Source: Tubiluchus corallicola (taxonomy: Eukaryota; Animalia; Priapulida). Taken from it: a stretch of 64,000 nucleotides of DNA. A program made the translations under genes and the position numbers. The notes beneath the pieces were generated by a model. That model had not been told where the DNA came from. It made no database searches and worked only from the letters and a program-made list of their open reading frames with translations. The stretch is taken from assembly GCA_030141605.1 (NCBI GenBank), contig JAQGDQ010000004.1, positions 682,001 through 746,000 of the forward strand, read 5' to 3'. Below are positions 42,007 to 54,800 of the stretch, in pieces; the stretch's first letter is position 1; each line of letters begins with the position of its first letter.

Positions 42007-43728
42007 GTAAGTCAATCGTCCTTAAACATTTTTTATTCAGAATGTCACTAGCTTAAACGTTGAAAAATCTTTTTAACTGGTCTTCGAATGTGTCACACAG
42101 TCACCAAAAGATATAAGACTTCAAATTGTTTTTGAAGACGAACAGTTTATGTTATCTATGGCGCTGTTATTAAATTCCATATTCACCACCTGGTGAACAA
42201 GATATTTAATTTCCGGGTTAGCCATTCAGACGTAATTTTTCCGCTTACAGGCTCTCATTTGCTGCAGCTTTACTTTTATTGTTTTATATAGTCTATTTCC
42301 ATATCAAAATTGCAAACAGCGACACAACGCCACAGACAACGACAAAAGAAAAACACATTTTTACACCCACGGTTGATTCACAATGGTATCAGAGCTGCCT
42401 CTTTGTTCGGAGATTTAAAATATTCAGAAATTTCTCGTTTCAAAGTGGAGGCGGAAAAGATCTGTAACACTACTATTTGGGCTAAGTTGGTAACAATAAT
42501 TGATACAAGGTGCAACCGCAGAAACAATTGCAGAAGCAGCAACATGTGGCCGGAAACAATCTCAAGCACCGGGCGTAAACTATTTTCCGCTAACTCCATT
42601 TTCCCTACATCTTCAAAGTTTATTGTCGTACTCTAAAGCGCTTTTAAAGCATTTTACATTTTCTGCTAAAGTGCTGTTTCTAAATTGTAAAACTAACATG
42701 CTATGCACGCAAAACAACCATTTTTACCACATACCCTCTTTTCATCCGGAAAACGCCAAATTCGTTGTACTGCTAAACAACGTTGTGTTGTACTGCAACT
42801 GATTTATCCTTTCAAATTTCTGACAAAGCTCTCTGGGGTACGTATAGATTGCGTAAGAACAACAAAGATTTTTCGAAATTACGGTATGAAACAAGAGTTA
42901 TTATCCACTGAGGATTTTGTAGGGAAATAAAATATTCTGTATTTCTATTTTCTACCACTGAATCTATTTCAAATTAGGAATACTACTTTTTATGTACGCG
43001 TGTAATTTTTGACCAACCTATAAACACAGCTTTAGATTACTACATATTATTAATATATTTGTAAATATATTTTATTGTAAATTGCAATGCTTCTAAATTA
43101 CGTAAAGAATGAAGTTCATTTCTTGGTTCTGCATCCGATTAATACTCTGATAGATTTTCAGATTTAGTTAATTGCAGTTGAGTTTATCTAGTTGCCAAGT
43201 AACCGTGATTCAAGTTTGCCTACTTTTTAGCTGTCAAACTAGCCTCTCCCCACAGGTGCTGCAGTCTAGTCTTGGGTGTTAACACCAGTTTAGCAGTATA
43301 GCTACTTGCAGAAAGGCGTTTTTGATTAAATTTCAAAATTTGCTTTAAGGATTATCGATGGCAATCTGAAACGGCTATATGTTATCTATTATTTGATCTG
43401 TATAGAGTCCATAGTTATAGCTTTTAGCGGATATTCAACGAATTTATTAGTACACGATCACTATTTTCCAAGATAGTTTAAAAGACATCTACCAAAATGT
43501 CCTCCAAGATATGTTCAAAATGACTAATAATTAGTATTCAACCTAGAAATGTGGTTTTGGCATCTTATACCAAATTTAGAAAATATGATAAAAATATCGT
43601 TTGCTACATCGTGTCTTTTTCAAACTTCAAATCATTTTCAAGACGTCTGCCAGAAGTTCAAAGTAGTCATGTCTCACTTAGTATTCAGCCCGCTGATTGT
43701 TATTAGTCATGCGTTTCGTACCTCTGTT

Positions 43729-43844
43729 TTGGAGAAAGAATCCAATGGAAGTGCTTAAATTACTGATTATTAAATAAAAAAATCACTTGGAGAAAGAATC
43801 CAATGGAAGTGCTTAAATTACTGATTATTAAATAAATAATCACT
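43729..43844 (+). repeat. 58-bp direct tandem duplication
   Basis: ttggagaaagaatccaatggaagtgcttaaattactgattattaaataaa... occurs at 43729 and again at 43787. Confidence 0.92.
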
Positions 43845-44234
43845 GGATTTTTGATCAATTATTTGTAGCTTAATCAGCTGCTACACTTGCTGAATTCTCT
43901 GCTGCTACTTTAATTTTCTATACGAATTCCAAAGAAGAAAGAATTTGTTAGGTCACAGATGTATATGCAATCCAATGGTTTCAGTTTAATTTTTCACCTG
44001 TGTCTTTAGTGGCTATTACAAAAATGGTCCATTAAATTCAACTCATCTAAGAAACACTCATCACTTTCCTACTTTCCTTTCCTCAACAGATTTATTACAG
44101 AAACAGACTAGTTGTCAGAAAAAATGGAGGAATAGTTTCTGTCACGAGACTGATCCACGTAATTTCATTCGTAAGCTTTTGTGCCTTATCTGACACTTCC
44201 TAATTTATTTTTGGTAGAAGATTTTAATTCAATT

Positions 44235-44850
44235 CGTTCTTGTTGTCCTTGTTCTTGTGGTTCTTCATGTTGGGGAGATGACATTTTGAAAAAAAGCCCA
44301 AGGCTCCATGAATTTGCAATGGATTGATTGTCGCGAAACTTCACTCAAATGTACTAGATCGATTTCTGTATCGAACTGATTGAATATGATTTGCGATGCA
44401 CCATTCTGAATTCAAGATGGCGACGAATAACGAAATAACGCAATTTTTGAGAAAAAAGTCTGAAAAAAGCCTAAGGCTTCGTCATTTCGCAACGGGTCGT
44501 CATGAAACTTTACAGAAACGTACTAGAGTGAATTCCACTGTGGAATTGGATTTCTGATCCGCCATTTTAAATTCGTTTTTAAAAAAGCGTAAGGCTCCGC
44601 TAATTCACATGATCACGAAATATTGTCATGAAACGTTAAAGGATTATACTAGAACAAATCCAGCATCGATTGATGGAGCTGGATTTTCGACCCACTACTT
44701 TGAATTCAAGCAATTCGATAACGTCGCAACTGATCGTCATGAAACTTTGTAGAAATATACTACAACAAATTCTGCATTGATTTGGGTTTGGCTTGAACTG
44801 AATTGAGTTTTCGATTTGCTATCTTAAGTTCAAGATAGCGACATTGACGT
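44235..44850 (+). mobile_element. Second family of internally repeated non-autonomous element
   Basis: A TTC/TTG simple-repeat head is followed by about 4 diverged units with aaaaaagc.taaggct...gtcatgaaact...tactaga...aattcaagatggcg (near 44291, 44463, 44581, 44726). Confidence 0.65.
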
Positions 44851-45799
44851 CATTTACTAATCGACGATCTTGGGTTCTGTGAGTCTCTGAGTGCTTCAGT
44901 GACATGGTGATCTTGCCTTTGAATTTCGTAATGAAAACATCAGAAAAAAACATTTAAAGTGCAGCATGCTGAAATTGACAATGCGTCTTTTTTCTATTTT
45001 CCGCTTTCTATTTTCTGCTTTTTTCACTTAAGAGTGATACATAGTGTTGCACTGAAATGCGATGTTTCCTTATATTAAGATATTCTATCATCACCACATT
45101 TATTTTCAGAGTGTCTGTCAAACACATTTACACATTTAGTAAACACCGTGTTCCTAACAGTGTAGCTCGTGTGTTTCCATTTGTGTAGAACTGTACTCAT
45201 TATACATGTACTGCATTATTCTGATGATTACCATCTGAAATATCAATTATGTAAGACATGGCTTATACCTCATTTATGATAAGTACAAATACAACCCTGT
45301 AGTTATTGGTTGGTCTGTCGCAGGTGTTTGGTTGGGCTATGATTTGTCTGTGGTTGACTGCAATTAATTCCCACAGGGGTTTGAGACGATAAGGACGTAA
45401 GCCTTTAAATACAATTACAGTAGACCCAAGCATTTGAGTCAGTAACAATACTGTTGTTATCGCTGTTTTTGTCATTGTCTCGTCATTATCATCGCTGTTG
45501 TCATCGACTTCATTGTCGTCATAACCATCTGTATCATCATCATTAAATGATGACACATCACGAACTCTTTAAACACTTAAATTTTATTTTCCAGAAAATG
45601 TGTGTTATATTTGTAATTAATATAGAGAATTTTTATTGCTATGCTTATCTACAGTGCACACTAGTGGCGTGTAGTCAGGAGGAATTTTATCAGATTAAGC
45701 TTATTTAAAGTTCTGCAAGTATTTGAAAGCTGAAAATATTTAAGAACGAACACCCGCTGAATAATCCAGCAAAACAACAAACGAACTTTCTTATTTTAG

Positions 45800-45898
45800 C
45801 AGCTTTGAGGAACCGTGTGTGTCTGATGATGCTGTCTTGGATTCAGCACAACTTATTTTTTGTCATTGCTCGCAAAGTTATCAATGGTTTTTATTTTG
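45800..45898 (+). CDS. Candidate alternative first coding exon of the GPCR (MVFIL from ATG 45884)
   Basis: Acceptor tttcttattttag|cag (NAGNAG) and donor TTG|gtaagc. ATG GTT TTT ATT TTG ends in phase 0 and gives MVFIL-VFTAGSTNA-DSES, a short signal-peptide-like N-terminus. Confidence 0.4.
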
Positions 45899-47067
45899 GT
45901 AAGCAACTACTGTCAATGTAAGTTTTATTTTTTGCCGCCAGTTGAAGACGTTGGCAGGCGACAATCAACAATCACGCAACAAAAATTGGAATCCTATTAC
46001 TCCTGTCAAAGCGCGTTCTTATAGCCTATAGCTTCGTTAATGAGTAATTGATACCTGCAGAAGACAGTCTATACATTTCTGCCATCCTTTTTCAATAGAT
46101 GCTTGTCAGTTACGAGGATTAATTATCAAAATGTGATTTAAACCATCATAACGTACTTGAAAAGCTACTGTAGTAATATATCAAGAAAACAGAAGAGCTG
46201 TACGATAGTTACCTTTGGAAAAAGAAACGTGATCAAGAACACATTATCAATGACATAAATTAGCTTAATTATTCGCAGAACGGCTTTTGTCCAGGCACAG
46301 TAGAAGCTTACGATAAAGTCATGGGGGGGGGGGGCTATATTAGTAACAAAACGTCGCAGTTTTTAAATTTTCAGATAAAGCACCTAACATGGGAAGATTA
46401 GCAATATCTGCGTTTTATTCTAGAAGTGGGGTTTTACTATGGAAACGCTATTAAGTATAAAATTAACAAACAATCTAATGGACCAGCGCACAATCACGTG
46501 CAATTCTATTGTGTAACTCGGAAGCGTTTGTTTAGCTTGTATGTTAAATTTGACATATGTTTTGCTTTTTATCCGCGAGTGCTAGCAATACGCACATTTT
46601 TTAATTTTATTGTATTAGGCATCCAGTTTTCCACTTTTAATTCATTTTAACTCGCAAATGCAGAGAGCTAGAGTCACAAAATATGCCAGAGGTAAAGGCG
46701 TTGAAAGTGGTGTGCTGAACGGTGCCTCGGTTAAAGGGTTCAAGACTGGATATCAGTCAATTTTTTGATTGCCATTCAACTCTTCATAGAGTTTTAGTTA
46801 AATGCAATTATTTTTCGTAAATATTTAGGTAATGTGGGGTAGATGTGCACTCGGCCTTTTAAAAGCTTGGGTTCTTTGAAGGACGGTGATAAGATCTAAA
46901 ATGCGTAATATTGAATAACTGAAACTATAGTACCTAGGATCGCGAAACCTGAAGGGTAGTTACCTTAGCTTGAATTACTTAAGGTCATGGACAGGAGCCA
47001 AAATGTAAAATAGAGCAAACTGCTTTTTCACACGAGTAAACTGAATTGGACCAGGCATAGTGTTACC

Positions 47068-47215
47068 AAACGGTATAGTCTAGTGGTAAAGCGTGTGCTT
47101 ACCCGTCGGGGAGGTAGTGAATTCGATACCGTGGCTGGGTCACACCTAAAACTTTAAAAATGGACCTACTGTTACCCTGATGACGAGTGGCATTTAGGTG
47201 AAAAGTGGAGTAATA
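47068..47215 (+). mobile_element. tRNA-derived SINE remnant with a MetaSINE-like central domain
   Basis: A box tagtctagtgg (47076) and B-box-like attcgatacc (about 47121). These are followed by gggtcacacctaaaactttaaaaatggacctactg..ccctg..ggcatttagg, which resembles from memory the conserved GGTCATACCAAAGACTTTAAAAATGG SINE core. Confidence 0.65.
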
Positions 47216-49507
47216 ATTACTGAACAAGCTTTGTTATGAGATTAGAATTGTTATTTACAGTCGGCAAAAAACTCTTTGAGCTTATGTTACTTGTTAATCG
47301 AAAAGTCGATTTTAAATAAAGCTTATTAATATAGTCATGTGATAATCAGTCAAAATAATTAGTCGCAAGCACCATGTACTTGAGCGTAATCATCTTTAGG
47401 TATAGATGTGACTTAACCACACTAGCTGGGCATAATCAAATATAAACTCAGCCACACGGGCGGATTTTGACCTGAATTCAGTCAGTCTTGTTCTAATATC
47501 CTAAAGAGCACAGCTAACTTTAGTGCATAGTTTTTTAAACATCAATCACTTTGTCTTTTTAAATTTATCATCAGTAGATTATTACTAGCAAGTTAAGCAA
47601 ACAACAATTAAAATTGAATAAAAAATTAATATTTATGCTTTAGTTACCGCAATTTACTGTTTTTAAAGGTGCAAGTTTATTCTGGATTGTATTCAAATAC
47701 ACGGAAGGCCTGGATTCGGTACCAGAGGAAAGCAGCATTTTTTTGCCTTCCTATTTTATTTTCACTTACACGCACTTCACATAATATTCATAGCTGTATT
47801 TTGTGCGCTCACAAGCTTATTTTGGAGTAATTTTTCTTAATAAGTAATTAAAAAAAGAAACCGCAATCGGGAGATGGGGTAACTAACAAGAAAGGCTTGT
47901 GCTACCAGTGGTACTATAAGTATGATAGGTGTTCTTCGGCTTACAAAAGAAATTTATCGTACAATTATTATAATTTATAATTGTCTCTCGTACTTTTTTC
48001 ACGCAAATAAAAACATCCTAGAAGAGTAAGGACTGTTGGCCGAAACTAGCCAACTTACCTGTCTTTTATCTTTCCAGCTTCCTAGTTATCAGAGCATATG
48101 AATTCCTTAAAAGTTAATTTTTTGCTTGGTCATATATGAAATGAGAAGATGACAAGTGTATCTAGTGACACTGAGAGTCAATCAAGGCATTTGTTGTACA
48201 GGTGCAACAGCGAAAATTGTCGTCTGGGAAAAGACTTTTCAATTTATATCAGCACTTAAGCGCTAACACTAACGTATTTTTATAGATTAAAAAAGTACCA
48301 GCTTTTGTTAATTATTTGTGAATAACTGTGATTTCTTTGAATACCTTGTATAAAAATACCTGCTTAACATCTGGTTAACAAGTGAGAAATTCGCTTAACA
48401 AGGTACCAAGATACGAGGTTACGTGGAGTTGTAATTTACACAACCGTAGAATGATTTTTCTACATAGAATTTTTATGGCTTTAATAATATTTTTGTTATT
48501 TGTAAGTTTGTGCGGCTGAGCGATGATCACATATATTTCATATATCTCCAATGATTATACTTGTACTAACGTTTCTCATTAGTCTGCAACAAGATCGATT
48601 CTTGAAACGTAATCCCCGTGTGGATTTTTTGAAATTTGCAGCAGATTTTAGCGAACATTATTTAGTTTCTTGCAAAAACCTAAATGAAAACATTCCGAAT
48701 ACATAAATTAAATTTGGCAACTTCCCTTCGATGTCTTCTGCAGCTTGCTTAAGAATTCGGAATATTTTTGAAGTTGCCATGAATTCAGTAGGGCAGGTGG
48801 TCTTTTACTTGCAACGCGATGTACTGCAACGTCGATGTAATGGTCCACGGTTCGAAATAGAGCATTTGTTACAGTTGCATTTGTCAGTGATGCGGTCCCA
48901 TTGCATGAAAGTTTGCTTTATTCCGAGAGGGCAAAATGAATGGGACTGGGCGGAGAGAAGAGATAGTTTGCTCAGTGGGGCGATATATTTTTTCCCTGAT
49001 AGTTCCTGTTCCCTATGCCAAAACCAATCCGCCTCTTTCTTTATTACCATTTCAATACTTAGAATACAAGTAATGACACAAAATGCCTGAAAATGACTTC
49101 ACTTCACAGTAACATTCTACAAAATACAGCACAGCACGATACAACACAACATCATTCACATGAGCTCTGAAATAGCACTCCAGTTTTGCTGAGGATGGAT
49201 ACTTATTCGTGAGAGTGATTTTCAGGGTATTCAGGAGTATACTAGGACAGGCTGTCTTCTGGGGATAACACAGCAGTTTAAGACATTCCAAGTTAATGCT
49301 ATAACCTAATGTATAGTGTTATAGTTTGTTGATTAAACTTACAAATATTATAATATATATTAAACAATAATACTGACAAATAATGAACAAATCAGTCTTG
49401 CACAATTCTTTTTTAGACAAAAACTAGCATATTGAATACAGATTGCTATACAATTTCAATAAATATACGGCTAATTTATAAATCTGAGCTTGTAATTTAC
49501 TTTTCAG

Positions 49508-49661
49508 GTTTTCACGGCAGGTTCTACTAACGCAGATTCTGAAAGCGATGGGACAATGAATGCTAGTGATTTAGCAGCGCAATCTAACATCACTATTCAT
49601 ATAGAAAACGCTGAACGCGAATGTTTCCTAAAGGTGCTATCTAAACCGTATCCTAACGATG
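49508..49661 (+). CDS. Coding exon of calcitonin/DH31-receptor-like class B1 GPCR (N-terminal ectodomain, first Cys)
   Basis: Acceptor acttttcag|G and donor G|gtaagc; 154 nt, phase 0 to 1. Translates VFTAGSTNADSESDGTMNASDLAAQSNITIHIENAERECFLKVLSKPYPND(G), matching the helix/Cys1 segment of calcitonin-type receptors (compare CALCR DAQYKCYDRMQQLP). Joins the next exon in frame. Confidence 0.9.
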
Positions 49662-49995
49662 GTAAGCTTAAAAACGATAATCACAACGGCACATTTTCTT
49701 GCAACTTATATCTGTGTTTATCCTGTTTGTAGCAAAACAAACCAATAACACTAATAACATTTGAAACTTCAGTGTCATGGCATATTATTTGATTGCATGC
49801 TTTCTTATATATTGATAGATGTTCCGCGTAAGAACGTCACGAAATGTTGGAAAACTCTGTAATGGACTAACATGCCATGTGGATATCCAGGGCAAGTGGT
49901 TTGCAGGGCACTAAGATCTTTAAGACCCTCGTGCGCACTCCCGTTATTGTGCTACTGTCACGCTCACCATGTCTGTCAACTTTTAAGTCCGGCAT

Positions 49996-50172
49996 ACTGC
50001 CAAACCCACCAACTGACACTGTGCCAAGTCTGCCAAACTGCCAAGCCCCTCAAAGTGCCAAATTCACCCCTACTGCCAAAATACCGAAATGCCAAGGCTG
50101 CCATACTATCAAACCTGCCAAAGTGCCAACTGTCAAATTCACCTCTTTGCCAAACCTGCCAACGTGCCAAAT
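49996..50172 (+). repeat. Degenerate TGCCAA-rich array
   Basis: 12 exact same-strand TGCCAA motifs in about 175 bp. Confidence 0.85.
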
Positions 50173-50364
50173 CCACATGACAAACCTTTGAAGTGGACTT
50201 TGGGTAAAACTCATAATTAGAAGTATGTACAATAATAATATGTAAACTTGTTTGCCAACTCTATCATTAACTAACTGGCTGACTACTGAAAGACTGACTG
50301 ACTGCCTGAATAATGAACTCACAAACTCATGAATAAATTAATTAAATAACTAAATAACCATTAT

Positions 50365-50622
50365 AACAAACCAATTAGCCAGCCAACCAACCAACCAACC
50401 ATAGTAACCAACCAGCTAGCCAACTAATCAACTAACTAATCAACTAACCAACCAACGAACTAATCAATAAACCAACCAGTCAACCATCTAGCCAATCAGC
50501 CAACCAACTGACCGACAAAAGAACTAACTAACTAGTCAGTCAGTCAGTCAGTCAGTCAGTCAGTCAGTCAGTCAGTCAGTCAGTCAGTCAGTCAGTCAGT
50601 CAGTCAGTCAGTCAGTCAGTCA
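50365..50622. repeat. Degenerate (AACC/AACT)n followed by perfect (AGTC)n
   Basis: Directly visible; the perfect tract spans about 50533-50622. Confidence 0.92.
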
Positions 50623-51149
50623 AACAGAATTGCTTGGTAGGTGCATGCCACGCAGTTTTACCAAACAACACTCACCAGATCAATAGCTCAAATCACTGTC
50701 GTCGCTTCACAAACCGCACACATATATTCAGCTTGAAATATTGAGATCCTATTGTAAAATTAGATGTTATCAAAGAAGATAGTGATCGTTTGAGAATTTT
50801 AAAATAATTTAAAATCATAGACGCTTCTCTAGATATAACTAAAATTTCAGAAGTGGCGAAATGTTTTAATAGCGTTTCTTTATTGATGTTGTCGTTGTCG
50901 TACGAATATTGATTACATTGCATTATTAACAAATATTTTACAATGCAAACAGCGCATTTCGTTAGATTTAATTAAGCGACTTGTTTCTTTTTTCAGTTAA
51001 GTCTTAATTGGCCATTGGAATGTGTATACTAGGGAGCCCCTAATTGACCACACCAAAATGGCTCGAATCAAAGATTAGAAATATCAGCCGGTTTTAATTT
51101 CATATTATAGCTTAAGATCCCTGGAGCCAATTAGCAACGACAGGAAGAC

Positions 51150-51800
51150 ACTATCAAATTTTAAGTGGTATTGGGTGCCTGCCACACACCTTAAATGTTG
51201 GCCAAAATTGGAACTTGGATCAAAAATATGAGGTAGAAGCTGAAATTGAGTGTAAATGATGACACACAATTTAAGTGGTACTGACTATCCTAAAGTAGGA
51301 CCTACAATAGTCAATGTAGTGGTACTATCTGATTTTCTTCTAAATGATACGTAATCATCTTAAAGGTTGAAATATGTAGAGGGACACTTTAATTGATATC
51401 TGGTACGACTATGTTATATAGAACTAAATTAGGACATGGCAGTAACTAATTCGGAAAGTCTTATTATTAGAGCATCTGGCGAGTAGTTATACCATGTAAC
51501 TTGTCTGTCATTGTTTTTATGGTCCAGGATTGATAGGCCATCATTTACATTTGATTTAAGCTGGTACTTCATGTCCCATTTGGTCTTACGCTTTGGGTAT
51601 CAAAAATACCCAAGTACCTTGTATACCAAGTACCAATTCAAGTTTACGTGTCATTTGCAAGTAAATCAGATAGTTGCCGCCTACAGTCAATACCACTTAT
51701 ATTGTCTGTCATCATTATGATTTGGGTCCGAGATTATTTAGGCCATCACTTAATTTCAGCTGGTACCTCACTGTTAATTTGTTCCCTCATTTAGGCAGGC
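51150..51800. mobile_element. Diverged inverted-repeat (MITE/foldback) remnant
   Basis: tgaggtagaagctgaaattgagtgtaaatgatgacacacaatttaagtggtactgact (about 51228-51286) has reverse-complement matches near 51539, 51684 and 51745. Confidence 0.6.
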
Positions 51801-51965
51801 AGCTGATGCTGCTTTTAAATGTCTATCGTTATCAATTACGAGTTCCAGTATTCATAAGCTTAATGACATGTAGTATTTCTTAGTTTTGAGTGTAAATTTT
51901 TAACTTTTATATGGCATTTTTATGTGCTGAAATAAACTTAAAATAAATAAATAATATAAAGCTTA

Positions 51966-52235
51966 TTATATTGTATTGTATCGTATTGTATCGTATCGTA
52001 TCGTATCGTATCGTATCGTATCGTATCGTATCGTATCGTATCGTATCCCATCCCATCCCATCCCATCCCATCCCATCCCATCCCATCCCATCCCATCCCA
52101 TCCCATCCCATCCCATCCCATCCCATCCCATCATATCATATCATATCATATCATATCATATCATATCATATCATATCATATCATATCATATCATATCATA
52201 TCATATCATATCATATCATATCATATCATATCATA
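51966..52235. repeat. Compound pentanucleotide microsatellite (TCGTA)11(TCCCA)17(TCATA)21
   Basis: Counted from the sequence: 51991-52045, 52046-52130 and 52131-52235, preceded by TTGTA units. Confidence 0.97.
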
Positions 52236-54686
52236 TTTATAGGCGGATTGGTGTCTTGGATTTAGACCAATGTAGGTTGTCATTTAGGGGTACCCTAGAG
52301 ACTACATATACCAACGGCACCCCGACAGATGTACATACTTGAACATCACATATTATGTTTAAGATTCTTACATGGCTAAATATTGGTATCTCGCTCATCG
52401 ATTCGAAGAGTCCTGCCTGATGATCTAAATTAATTATTTCATTTTATTTGTGAAAAAGTTTACAAAATTCTGATGGGTCCTTTCAAAATTGGAAAGCTGA
52501 ATTCATTGCACAACCCTTGCCAGCATGGTAAACCATTTCCGTTATCATCAGCAGGGCCTAACCTATGTAGAATGGCATCTGGGCCTAATTGATACGCCAA
52601 AAGACACGGTCTCATTCTCTGGGTAATGAATTTTTAATTTTTGCAAGAACAACAAAAAATGAATGATGTGATAGTTTATCGCTTTGAAAGTAAATTCAAA
52701 TAGAAAATCACTGTTAGTTAATTATTACTAGCTCGTAAGCCGAGACTCGCATCAAACTAATAACGGTATTGAATCTTTTGCGTTATTAACGAGAAATTGT
52801 AATTTGAATTTATTACTCACCTTTATTCACCTTTGCAGCTACGCCATCATTGTTTGCATTTGTTATGGCTTTAACTTTGGCAATGTTATGTGTAAGGAAC
52901 TCAAACCTGGGTTATTTAATACACTTTTTTAACAATTGAACTTTTGCGGCGCTTGTACATTTTACATATAATCACAGTAACGATATAATACATTATATAT
53001 ATACATTGATCAAAAAACATATAAGCATCATGCTGCATCAAGTAGCTAAGGATACTAATATCATGCTGTAGAAGAAAAGGCATTCTACATTGTTATGTGA
53101 AGATACCAGTCTGACACGTGATTAAACTGTATATTACAGTAACTCGGTGCGGCTGTGCCACTTTTATCTACGCTCAATTAACTCAGTCTGTGATCGCGGC
53201 TATTGTTGCTTACCATGATTCTTGCATATCATTCATATTAGAAAGCTTAGATTCAAAACAATCAAGGAGCCACTTATGAGGTGTGTTCCTTGATCGACAT
53301 GTATCATTACCATTTGTACCTATTCAAATGGAGCAAATTGCCCGGCCAACTTTATCACAGTTTATAAATACAGTAAACAATGCAAGCTTTCTTTTTGCTT
53401 TGAGTAGTTTTAAACGTCGCCTTCACGAGAAAACTTTTTCACAGCTATACAGTTAGCTCTTTGCGAAAACTGCCTGAGAAAATCCACTTGATGTGAAATA
53501 AGCCCAACTATTTGAGAAAACCATGCGAGAACCGTTTTCAGCGTGGGTTTCACACTGAGTGGGAAAAACGCTTTTAGTGTTTATGCTATACATTTAAGAA
53601 AGTCTCAGCAAACCGCTTATACTGTAATTAATAAAAGTTCTGCACAAACCATTTAAATGTGAGTAGGTTTAAACTGTTTCAGAATATTGATAACACACTT
53701 TTCGTGTGTATAGTTCGAGTAAAGCATGCAGACGGTGCAGTTCACTTTTTCATTTTAAGCTATTTAGATGAACCTAGGTGAAAAAACTTCTACTTCTTAA
53801 ATAATGTTTGAAATTGAAATACCGCCACTGAAGCCACCTATTCGTATTGGTTCACAATATTTGTATCGTAACTTTTATAGAGCAGAATTTTCAGCTTGTT
53901 GCTCAACTACCACCCGAAACGATTCATCGTTTAATATTCAGCATTGAAAGCCGTGTGAATAGGTTAAACGAGGTTTATAGGTTTTGTCAACATTCATAAA
54001 CCCTTCAAGTTGACAAAGTTATATGCTTGAGATGCAGTATTGTGATAAACTACTTATCCACGTCCACATGTGCGCCTGACTGCGTGCATGAGTATGGGAT
54101 CCAGGGCTGAAACAGACCTTGGATTTCGTTGGCTGGTCCAAGACGGTTGTTCTGAGGGCCGCTTCTTTGAAATACTGCAAATTTGTAAAAATACCCTAAT
54201 TTTTGTCCTGCGTTTTTTCTTGTCGAATGAGATTTAAAAAAGCAGTCTGATCTAAACTGTGAATTTCACATTTTTTGTAACCTAGTAGTTTAGCAGTAGT
54301 ATATACTATACAATATTATGTGTAACCAGTTCGAGAAACACATTAGCTTTGCTGGAGTCAGTGTCATAATCCACTCACAGGAAAATAGCCTTGGTAATTA
54401 ATTTAGAAATGGTTTTTTAGATCTAGTTGAATATGCTGCTGCGTACTATTAGTCTTACATTATATTTTTAAAACTAGTATCAGACTTGTTGAATTGTAAC
54501 TACCAAAGATTTGGAAATGAAAATTGTTCTTTTTTCAGCTGCTTTAATATAAAAACTTTTCTGATGACTTTTGTGATGCAAAGAAATAATAAAATATTTA
54601 TACTCTTATAAATTTACTGCTTCCAACCTTATCTGTACAAATACCATGAAAGTCACTTGATTGTAAATTGTAATTTCTTGTTTTAG

Positions 54687-54800
54687 GTAAAGTTTATTGT
54701 AATGCAACATTTGACGGTTGGGGGTGTTGGAATTATACACTTGCTGGAACTAGAGCACTCATTTACTGTCCAGACATGATTTATGGATTTGATCCAGCGC
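54687..54800 (+). CDS. Coding exon of calcitonin/DH31-receptor-like GPCR (hormone-binding domain core)
   Basis: Acceptor ttcttgttttag|G and donor C|gtgagt; 114 nt, phase 1 to 1. Translates GKVYCNATFDGWGCWNYTLAGTRALIYCPDMIYGFDPA, the class B signature C-x3-[WF]DGW-x-CW...CP...FDP (compare CALCR [20 protein letters not shown]...CPDYFPDFDPS). Confidence 0.96.

Noticed and set aside
48012-48056. Hammerhead ribozyme or Penelope terminal motif (also ctgatgaagacc near 3313 and 4791)
   Set aside because: The CUGANGA...GAAA core and stems are incomplete.
48805-49050. Cys-rich minus ORF (KCNCNKC..RCSTSRCK) as a CXC domain of an integrase-derived element
   Set aside because: No adjacent integrase motifs, and the Cys spacing is atypical.
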